From the NCBI GenBank assembly GCA_047947115.1, contig CP170459.1, positions 960,001-1,024,000 of the forward strand: a stretch of 64,000 nucleotides of DNA. Direction: 5' to 3'. The position numbers and the translations under genes were made by a program. This DNA comes from Verrucomicrobiota bacterium. GTDB lineage: Bacteria > Verrucomicrobiota > Verrucomicrobiia > Limisphaerales > AAA164-E04. The first letter of the stretch is position 1, and each line of letters starts with the position of its first letter. The notes beneath the pieces were generated by a model, which had not been told where the DNA came from, ran no database searches, and was given only the letters and a program-made list of their open reading frames with translations. Of this stretch, positions 20,628-29,091 are shown piece by piece.

Positions 20628-21641
20628 TTATGTTGAGAAACTAATTGACGGGATGGTTAGTTGTACTTGCAAAATATCATTTTGCTTTAAATTCAAATCA
20701 AAATTTAGCTGCCTCATTTTACTAAGTATAACTTGAAGTTGCAGAATTAAACTTGTTGTTGATTGAAAGTTGTCTATAAATTTATTTATCCAACCATTAT
20801 GTGTATTAGAAATAAAGTTAAAGCAAACGCTGCCAGCATCATTGGCATTGCTTGATGGATTGGTAATGGGTACGGAATTGATTTCCACCCTTCCGAATGA
20901 GAAGAGAGCATGCAATGAATCGATCAATTTTGGAAACCACCAATTCAGCCCTTTATTTGTAATAAAAGATTTAAAGCTATAACATTCGTTCAAATTATCC
21001 ACTACAGAAATATTATTTTCGATGCAAGTTTTTTTGAGGACAAATATCAAACTTTTCAGACTGCAATTCCAATTAAAAGCATAACAGAATTTTTCAGCTA
21101 AAATAAGTTTACTGAACTGTTCAGGCATCCAATTACAATAATCATGGAATTTCCCGATCAACTTTTGTAGTTTAAGGTGTATTTGATCATCCGTGCAACA
21201 TGTTTCTTCCAGCATTTCCATCGACAACATTAACGATGACAATGGACTTTTGATATCGTGCAACGTGTTTCTAAGAACGAAGTTGAGTTGAAACTCTAAA
21301 TCCATTACCTGGTCTAAAGTTTCAAATTCACTGGTAACATTGATGGACTTATGCAACTGATCACGTCGGGATAAAAAAGTTTGGTTATCAATAAACAGTT
21401 TCAACACCATTTGAGACAAACCATCGGAAAAAATTAATATCGGTGTGAAAGTAGCGGTTGAATTGGAAAATTTAGATACCAAAAGCTGAATTAGTTGTGC
21501 ATCAAAATTATTTTGTGTAGAAAACTTAACTTTTGATTCGTCTGTAAATAAATAAATATCGAATGAGGACGCCCGGCTATTTATTGAAAGTACAGGTGTC
21601 CAACTAATCAAGTCAGAGTTAGTTATAGGGCTAATTGGCAT
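20628..21641 (-). CDS. HisKA-containing protein without a recognisable ATPase domain
   Basis: LHDIKSPLSSL H-box; no N, G1 or G2 boxes visible; start overlaps the upstream kinase gene. Confidence 0.6.
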   Translation of the reverse strand: MPISPITNSDLISWTPVLSINSRASSFDIYLFTDESKVKFSTQNNFDAQLIQLLVSKFSNSTATFTPILIFSDGLSQMVLKLFIDNQTFLSRRDQLHKSINVTSEFETLDQVMDLEFQLNFVLRNTLHDIKSPLSSLMLSMEMLEETCCTDDQIHLKLQKLIGKFHDYCNWMPEQFSKLILAEKFCYAFNWNCSLKSLIFVLKKTCIENNISVVDNLNECYSFKSFITNKGLNWWFPKLIDSLHALFSFGRVEINSVPITNPSSNANDAGSVCFNFISNTHNGWINKFIDNFQSTTSLILQLQVILSKMRQLNFDLNLKQNDILQVQLTIPSISFST

Positions 21642-23103
21642 AAAAAGGATAGTCTATTGAGTTAGTTACCTCAAGTGAGATTTGTATTGTAAAACCGTCA
21701 CCCTGATTAGGGTGGAGTACTTCCAAATCCCCGTTAATATTCCACAACATAAATCTCAATTTAGATAGTCCAAGTCCGAATCCCTTGTCAGAGGATAATC
21801 CGAATTTGGTAAATTGTTCATAAGGGAGTAAACAGTTTTGAAATGGAAAGGATTTTGGTAAATCGCCATTGTCCTTAATGGTAACAACAATGTGACTGTT
21901 ATTTTTCAGATCTATAAATACCGAAATAATAATAGGATGAACGCTACAATACTTTTCAGCATTGAGGTGGATTTCTTGAAAAATACTTTCCAAAATTTGT
22001 TTGGAAACAATTATTTGAAGGTTGGAACTACTCAAGGCAGTATATAAACATAATTTAAGGGACGAATCTGTAAAGAAACTTTTGATAATGTCAACAAAAG
22101 TAGGAAAGGATAAAGTGTCAATACATGCTGGACTTAATTTTCTGGTATTGATATAGTCCAACAATCCCTGATGTTTATAATGTAATTCTTCTGCTGCATT
22201 TAGGGCCATTTCAACCAAAATCTTGCTTTCGCTATTGAGAGAATTATCGGATTGTAAAAGTTGTAACGGAGTCAAGATCTGATGCATTGGTGTATTCAAC
22301 TTATGCGCAATGTAATGTTCAAAAAGATAGGTTGAAATAGTTGTTTTAATTTCTCTGTTTAAAGATTTAATTTGTACCAAATAAGAATTGTTGTTGAATC
22401 CCCATTTCTGATTGATACACTCTATTAAATACAATCCTTGTTCAATATACTGATTTTCCGGAAGCCAACATACCAACTTCTGATCAGGAAATTCGCTCAT
22501 TAACTGGGATAATTGTTTGTTTTCTTTGATAATAGCTTTTCGATTTCGAAAAATGGTTTTAAGATCATTTTTCAATGACGCCATATCTGGTGTTGCGAGT
22601 ATTTGTGATGCCTTTGTGTTGGACCATAAAATTTTATAATGTTGGTCAAATTCTATTAGCCCAAAGGGTAATGATTGACTGATGTGCAATGCCCTGGCGT
22701 GTTCCTGTAGCGAATGTCCAACTCTATTTATTTTTAACTGATTTTTTATTTTCAGTCTTAAAACGGAGGAATTAAACGGCTTTTGAATATAGTCGTCGGC
22801 GCCGTGTTCAATACTTCGCAATAACTCTTGTTGTTCAGAATATCCTGAAACAACTATAACCGGTACGATGGAAAGGTTTGGTTCGCTTCTAATGCGATCA
22901 AGAACATCGTAACCAGATTCCTCATTAAGATCCAAGTCAAGTAATATAACACTCGGGTTCAGTTTGATTGCTAATTTAATTGCCTCATCACTATTAGTTG
23001 CTTTAAAAACCTTGCAAGATAATTTAATGATAAGCTCTTCAAGTATCTCTAACACTTCATGTTCATCGTCAATGATTAATACGGATTTATCTTTATGTGC
23101 CAT
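21631..23103 (-). CDS. REC-PAS-histidine kinase
   Basis: IIDDE...VILLDLDL...GADDYIQKP receiver; AHKLNTP H-box; NAEKY, DNG, GFGLGL. Confidence 0.85.
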   Translation of the reverse strand: MAHKDKSVLIIDDEHEVLEILEELIIKLSCKVFKATNSDEAIKLAIKLNPSVILLDLDLNEESGYDVLDRIRSEPNLSIVPVIVVSGYSEQQELLRSIEHGADDYIQKPFNSSVLRLKIKNQLKINRVGHSLQEHARALHISQSLPFGLIEFDQHYKILWSNTKASQILATPDMASLKNDLKTIFRNRKAIIKENKQLSQLMSEFPDQKLVCWLPENQYIEQGLYLIECINQKWGFNNNSYLVQIKSLNREIKTTISTYLFEHYIAHKLNTPMHQILTPLQLLQSDNSLNSESKILVEMALNAAEELHYKHQGLLDYINTRKLSPACIDTLSFPTFVDIIKSFFTDSSLKLCLYTALSSSNLQIIVSKQILESIFQEIHLNAEKYCSVHPIIISVFIDLKNNSHIVVTIKDNGDLPKSFPFQNCLLPYEQFTKFGLSSDKGFGLGLSKLRFMLWNINGDLEVLHPNQGDGFTIQISLEVTNSIDYPFYAN

Positions 23104-23488
23104 GATTCAATTTGGTTGTATCTTTAATGATCTGTTCGATGTGGTTCAACAAATGGCCCATTCTAAAAGGTTTGGACATATAAAAATCAGCACCTGCGTC
23201 GAGGCATCTCTGTTCATCGCCCTGCATGGCTAAAGCGGTGAGTGCTATGACATAAGATTGTTTGAGAAAGATTGGATGACTGGTTCTGAGGTGGTTTATT
23301 AATGTAAAACCATCTAATTTAGGCATTTGTATATCTAAAAGTAGTATTTTGGGGGCAGGTATATCTACAATAGAGTTTAAAAATTCCAACGGACATGAAT
23401 AGTGAACGCACATATAACCATGTTTAGATAAGTAAAGGGATATTAGTTCAGCGTTGGTTATATCGTCTTCAATTAAGTATATAAGCAT
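23093..23488 (-). CDS. Single-domain response regulator
   Basis: IEDD, LLLDIQMPKLDG, ALTALAMQGD...AGADFYMSKP. Confidence 0.92.
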   Translation of the reverse strand: MLIYLIEDDITNAELISLYLSKHGYMCVHYSCPLEFLNSIVDIPAPKILLLDIQMPKLDGFTLINHLRTSHPIFLKQSYVIALTALAMQGDEQRCLDAGADFYMSKPFRMGHLLNHIEQIIKDTTKLNHGT

Positions 23489-23575
23489 ATGACTAATCTT
23501 GTTGAACTGTGAATGGCAATTTTATTGCTATCGTAGTATGGCTATTCTGGCTATTCTGGGATGAATTTATTGTAA

Positions 23576-24526
23576 GAGCCTGTCTGAAAAAGCGAAAACA
23601 AGTGTGAACAGGTAAAAAATTGCAAAGAAAATGTTCATTAAAACTTGACAACATGCCTTTAGTCAGAGAGTTGCATCTTTATCGAAGATCACGGTACCGC
23701 GATGACTATCGCAAAAACCGTACGATATCCTTCGGATCTTACCGATGAACAATGGAACCTTATTCGTCCCGTGCTTCCTCTCAAACAAAATCGAGGCCGA
23801 CCAACAATTGATCGCCGAATGATTATCAACGCCATATTCTACGTTCTCAAGGGTGGTATACAATGGAGGATGCTTCCCGATTCATTTCCGAAATGGAAAA
23901 CCGTGTATCACGTTTTCCGTAAATGGGCGACTGATGGCACCTGGGAGGGCATCCATGATCAACTTAGGACGCAGGTGCGCGCACAAGTAGGCAAGCGTTC
24001 ACGACCAACAGCAGCCATTCTTGACAGCCAGAGCGTTAAGTCAAACTGTCACGGTGGTGACGTTGGCTATGATGCCGGTAAAAAGATCAAAGGGCGTAAA
24101 AGGCACATACTTGTGGACACATTAGGCATGTTGCTGGGAGTGTTCATTACTCCTGCATCCACTCCGGAACGGGAAGGTGCTCAAGGTTTGTTGGATCGTA
24201 TACTTCATAAGCTACCCTGGCTTAAATTGATCTGGGTAGACGGTGGGTATAGCGGGGAAGCTTTTGCCAACTGGGTTCGCTTCAAGAAACCTTGTTTAGA
24301 AGTGGAAGTTGTCAAACGCGACGAGAATGCCAAAGGATTTAATATCCTCAAAAGGCGTTGGATTGTTGAACGAACTTTCGGATGGTTCATGCATCAGCGC
24401 CGTCTTGTTCGGGATTATGAGTATAGTGAATCAAGTGCTAAAGCATGGATTTATATCGCTATGCTAAGAATTCAACTGCGTCGGCTCGCTTAAACATTGG
24501 GTTAGGTTGACTTTTCAGACAGGCTC
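23576..24526 (+). mobile_element. Complete IS5-family element (IS1031-like)
   Basis: 15-bp terminal IRs GAGCCTGTCTGAAAA / TTTTCAGACAGGCTC; TAA target duplication (23573-23575, 24527-24529). Confidence 0.93.
23702..24493 (+). CDS. IS5-family transposase
   Basis: YPSDLTDEQW, ILDSQSVK, GYDAGKKIKGRKRH, WVDGGY and RRWIVERTFGW motifs. Confidence 0.95.
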   Translation: MTIAKTVRYPSDLTDEQWNLIRPVLPLKQNRGRPTIDRRMIINAIFYVLKGGIQWRMLPDSFPKWKTVYHVFRKWATDGTWEGIHDQLRTQVRAQVGKRSRPTAAILDSQSVKSNCHGGDVGYDAGKKIKGRKRHILVDTLGMLLGVFITPASTPEREGAQGLLDRILHKLPWLKLIWVDGGYSGEAFANWVRFKKPCLEVEVVKRDENAKGFNILKRRWIVERTFGWFMHQRRLVRDYEYSESSAKAWIYIAMLRIQLRRLA

Positions 24527-25566
24527 TAAACGATCCTTTAGTTTTGTTGAGGTACTCACGTAAATATGTAAAACCCATTCCTAATCCCTTTATATTTCTG
24601 GTTAAACTGGTGTCGCCGCGCCATCCTGCGTTTTGGAGTTGATGCATCATCGAAGCGCTGATTCCGGTGCCATCATCAGTAATTGCTATTTCTAACATAT
24701 TACTTTTGTCTGATAGTAATGATATTTTAATTAAAACAAGCGACTTAGCATACTTAATAGAATTGTCTAGAACACATTCGAGCATTTTCTCGAACCAAAC
24801 AGAATATCCTGCTAAATAAGAGTTTTTTTGTAAATCACACGTCTCGAATTTGAAATGCAAACACACTTCATCTAGCATCGAACTGCACTTTTGTTTTATA
24901 TTTTCTATGCTTATTTTGAATTTATTATTTTGCATAGGGGTAAGGCTGAATGTGCGTATGATTTCTAATATTTTGAGATTATAATCTATTGTATCTATAC
25001 ATTGAGCTATATTAGATAACTTCGATTTGACATGAATCAAATCTGAATCAACCAGGTCAAGTAATGCTAACTCAGTATTAAATGATATGGTCGTCAGCGG
25101 TGTTCGTATTGTATCAGCAATGTTTTCAAGTAAAGACTGTATATACAAGTTTTCGCTTAGTTTATTTTGTGAAGCTACATCAAAACCATGGATAATTCTG
25201 TCATCTAACTCTATCATTGTACCTACAATTTTGTTCGGTAGCTTTATTATAGTACAGGTGCTTGGAATAATTTTTGTGCCGTTGGCAAAGTCGAGTTCAA
25301 CATTGCGTGAACTGTGTGATGAATCCTCGATGCATGCTATCCAATCTTTCCAAACTTGAACATCATAATTCTTGATATACTGCCAAATGCTGTCTCCAAC
25401 TGAAATAGTTAAATTGTTTTTAGGACATGTTGCTAGTACGATTGTTCCATTCAAATCGGTCTCAAATACAATATATGGAAGCAAATTTAAAATTGCAAGT
25501 TTGCTTGATACCGATTCCTCCAGTGAATCGAGAATTTTTTGTCTAAGGAAGACCTCGGTGGGTACT

Positions 25567-26154
25567 TTAAGTGTTTTGATTTTCGAGGACATCTTGTGCA
25601 GTTGTTATATAACTATACAAAGGCAAAATATTTTTGATGTAATAGTCGTTTTCAAAGTCGTTTTGTCCAGCTATCAAGTCTTTAATGATGTGAACATTAA
25701 AACCAAGTTCGTATGCGGTACGTGCAGTACTATCTATACACAGACTTGTAAAAATACCGGTTAAATACAAATTATTCACCCCATTTTTTTGTAAAATGTC
25801 ATAGAAGTCGGTATGTTGAAAGGCATTCAATGTTCGTCGAGTCTTTAATTTTACGATTGGCTTGGATATTTCTTTGAGTTCCGGGATCAATTCAAATCCA
25901 TTGGTGCCTTCTAGAAATGCCTTTTGATCATTTATGGTCTTCAAAATGCCATATGGCTCGTCAAGATCGGAATAAGTCTTGTCAAAACCTATTGGGGCGG
26001 TGACCACGATAAACTTATCGTTCAACGCTTTTATCAATGCTAACGTTTGCGTCTTTAACAGTTCTATGTCTTTCCTATTTTTAAGGAAACTATGCATTTT
26101 TCCAGTTTTACTGAAATAATCATTTTGAAATCCTATCAACAATAAACAGTTCAC
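25567..26154 (-). CDS. Isochorismatase-like cysteine hydrolase family protein
   Basis: LLLIGFQNDYF, LNAFQHTD, GIFTSLCIDSTARTAYELGF. Confidence 0.85.
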   Translation of the reverse strand: MNCLLLIGFQNDYFSKTGKMHSFLKNRKDIELLKTQTLALIKALNDKFIVVTAPIGFDKTYSDLDEPYGILKTINDQKAFLEGTNGFELIPELKEISKPIVKLKTRRTLNAFQHTDFYDILQKNGVNNLYLTGIFTSLCIDSTARTAYELGFNVHIIKDLIAGQNDFENDYYIKNILPLYSYITTAQDVLENQNT

Positions 26155-26393
26155 CTTCCAACCCTAAACCGATAACAATTACATTAAAAACCAAAAATTG
26201 TCAAAAAAGTGTAAAAAAATAATAAAAATACATACACAACGTCACTAGAATATCACGGAACATTGTTCCGTGCCAAGCAATCACCAACATTTGATAATTC
26301 CTCTAAATTCTCAGCATTATGATAAGGAACTACATTTCATTTCCACACTCATGCAAATTGACGTGTCTAGCCATACGTTCTAGTATCTAGCTC

Positions 26394-27143
26394 ATGAACT
26401 TTGGAAAGGTAACTTCATATCCCAAGAAAAACGTTGTCGAATTTCGTCCGAAGATCCTGATTGTAGAGGATAATCCACAGGAATTATTCCTTCTAGAAGA
26501 ACGGATGTCTGATTTGAACATGACGGTTTATACCGCAGAATCAGCAACTGAAGCTATTAAGTTGGATTCAAACATTGATCCGGATTTAACTATTATCGAT
26601 TATCATCTACCAGATTGTCGTGGTGATTTTCTCGTTCACGAGTTGCGTGCTAAGAAATCACATCGGTTGCTTGTTGTTTTATCGAATGACAATACACAAG
26701 AGTCAATACTTCAAGCGCTGAACTCCGGAGCAGACACCTATTGGTGTAAACCAATGGTTTTTAGGGAAATGATACATCGTATTCATTCCTTACTGTGTAG
26801 TCATCACCGACAACAAAAGCTCGTAACTCCTTTTGAAATAAATGGCTATAAATTAGATCCTTATCGTTTCACGGCTACAGTAACTCGAGACAATAAGGTT
26901 ATCTCATTAACGCGAAATGAAGGAAAAATTTTATCTCTTTTAATTCCATACGTAGGCAAAACCGTGAAATATGAGGCTTTACAGACAGTAACTAGGAATG
27001 ATTTATCCACTAAACGTCTACATTCATCATCTATTAAAAATATTATCTGCAGCTTAAGGAAAAAGCTTCCACTTCTAAACATAGTTACTGTTTCCAAACA
27101 AGGTTACATGTTAAGCAATAGCAGCATAACTGTAGAAGTATAA
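26394..27143 (+). CDS. OmpR/PhoB-family response regulator
   Basis: ILIVEDN...IIDYHLPD...GADTYWCKP receiver; ISLTRNEGKIL...SLRKKL..IVTVSKQGY winged helix. Confidence 0.88.
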   Translation: MNFGKVTSYPKKNVVEFRPKILIVEDNPQELFLLEERMSDLNMTVYTAESATEAIKLDSNIDPDLTIIDYHLPDCRGDFLVHELRAKKSHRLLVVLSNDNTQESILQALNSGADTYWCKPMVFREMIHRIHSLLCSHHRQQKLVTPFEINGYKLDPYRFTATVTRDNKVISLTRNEGKILSLLIPYVGKTVKYEALQTVTRNDLSTKRLHSSSIKNIICSLRKKLPLLNIVTVSKQGYMLSNSSITVEV

Positions 27144-28650
27144 TGCATGGACTTTCGTTGCGACTTCTGCATTAATAGTATTGATATCTCAGGTATATTA
27201 CGTGATAAAAAAATTGTTACGTAATTCTAATCCAGAATTATATTTAAAAAAATGTGTGGGTGTAATACGATGTGATTGAAAGATTTTTGAACGTAATCAA
27301 AGACATCTTACTCTTAGAACCTGTAATTGAACATTGACGCGGTTGTCCTTGGAGAGATAGTTCAAATGCCCTCACATAAATCCATTGGATAATTCGAACG
27401 GGAACGTCATTGAAACTTGTTTAGAGGGCAGCCTCAGGAGTGGGAGGCTGCCCTTGAGGGGTGGGGAACCAATTGGGAGGAGTTCATTTAATCCTCCAAT
27501 CTGGTATGTTCATAACTAGCTTGGTTTTTAGTGAACAACTACAGTCTAATCATTTTACCAATGACTTCAATTGGAAATAATGGTGTACATACGAATTTAT
27601 AAAAGGATTAAGTTATTATCCATGAATTAAAAATTTTTCATTGAAATGCAGTGAGTCAAGAGAACTATCAAAAAAAGGAGGAGATCCCTATTCTCGAGAT
27701 CATCCTCCTTTTACGCGGTAAAAAGCGAGCCGCTAATTGACCCAGATCTACAAGTAGCCAAATATCACCGTAAACAAGATATGTCACGCTAAAAATAGCG
27801 GGAATTTCAGGAATATGAATAATAAAATCAAGTATTGTGCGAAAATTACTAAAAAGGGTTATAAAAGCAGATATGTGATTAGAAAGTAATCAAAGTGTCA
27901 TTGCGCGCCTTCTGATTTTCAAGGTATTCGGCTCTTATGTGAAGACCTAGCAAGCTTCCGATTGTATTGTCGACACTGATTGGCAATCCAACCAACCACA
28001 CCATGCCAAGCATTTTTACCATCACATCCAACATGTCGTTTCACCCCTATCGTGGTTTAATCTTATCAAGAATGTTGCATACCTTGTTTCTCATCATCTA
28101 AACAAACCAACCTTGGCACTGAAATGACCCGTGAGATGACAGCGATATTTTCTCAAATCAGGAATCCATATGGCAATCATACCCAATTCAATTAGTGGTT
28201 CGAATCCGACAATACGCAAGGTTTTTGAAACCTTGTTCGCGTTGATGAATCAAACTGACACAAGATTTTATTCCATGCTGATTCAGCAACGTTCATTGAG
28301 ACTTGGGAAGGAATATTTTCGAAATGATCCAGGCCACTCGACTGGCAATGGTATTCGATTCACGTTGTGCCCAAGTCAAACCCCTACGCGCCTTATCCAA
28401 GACTAGCATCAACACCAAATTCTTCAACTGCAATGAACGCTTGATCAAAGCACTGCTCTATGTCCGAATTGATGAAAAGTAGGGAAGCGTTTCGGGTTAC
28501 ATGGTGGAAAAGGGCTGTGACACGTAATCGGGTATCAAAGGTTCAAATAAAATCTGTTGACATCGGTTGCACATAAGCTGACGATGAAAGAAATTAGCGT
28601 CCCTGTTAGGCACCGGTTCGCTTCTGAGTTTTAGCCCGAACACCACAGTT

Positions 28651-28818
28651 ATGTACAACGAGGCAGTAAAAAAACCAACGGCAACCAACTATGTCAGCCC
28701 CCAACTGCTGTTCATAGGTAAACTGGAAAACCTGACAACAGGAGGAAGCGGCAGTAAACGTGAGTCAACGGTGAGTAAAGGTAAGGGCAAGTCGCCAAGC
28801 AGCAACAGACGCCCTTAA
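28651..28818 (+). CDS. Lasso-peptide (RiPP) precursor-like peptide, 55 aa
   Basis: MYNEAVKKPTATNYVSPQLLFIGKLENLTT|GGSGSKRESTVSKGKGKSPSSNRRP*: YxxPxLxxxGxxxxxTx leader motif, Gly1, Glu8; shorter than any ORF in the track. Confidence 0.8.
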   Translation: MYNEAVKKPTATNYVSPQLLFIGKLENLTTGGSGSKRESTVSKGKGKSPSSNRRP

Positions 28819-29091
28819 TGCTGTTAGACCCACTTAGTGTCCGCTGGCCAAGTGCATTGAAAGGAGTTTTTCGGCGCAATGTCGCCTTACGATTTCGAGA
28901 GTCCTTTAGGATTCTTGGAAATTATTTGCGTACAAATTCGTGGCTTCGGATGAGAAAGAGTGGACAAATTGCACTGGAACGGTAGGATCTTGTAAACAAT
29001 TGATTCTTATTTTGTTGTAATATACGAGAGAGGGACTATCGGAAAATAGCGACATGGATTGAGCTTTTAACTGGACTATTTCTCCTGAAAG

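Larger units (their letters stand above)
23493..25592 (-). pseudogene. PAS/histidine-kinase-like gene interrupted by IS5 near its 3' end
   Basis: LDNSIKY, DDGTGI, GLGMG; removing the IS and one TAA copy gives KTKGSFTINSSQNSQNSHTTIAIKLPFTVQQD* ending at 23493. Confidence 0.85.

Noticed and set aside
24459..24526. C-terminal RACLKSQPNPMFKRADAVEFLA of the kinase ORF
   Set aside because: Read-through into the IS5 end, not native sequence
27905..27930. Right attachment site of the tRNA-Arg island
   Set aside because: Only weak inverted similarity to sequence after the tRNA; no direct repeat of the tRNA 3' end
27990..28500. Possible eroded gene (e.g. a lasso tailoring enzyme or glycosyltransferase) upstream of the precursor
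   Set aside because: Only short stop-interrupted frames and no motif I can support; needs BLASTX
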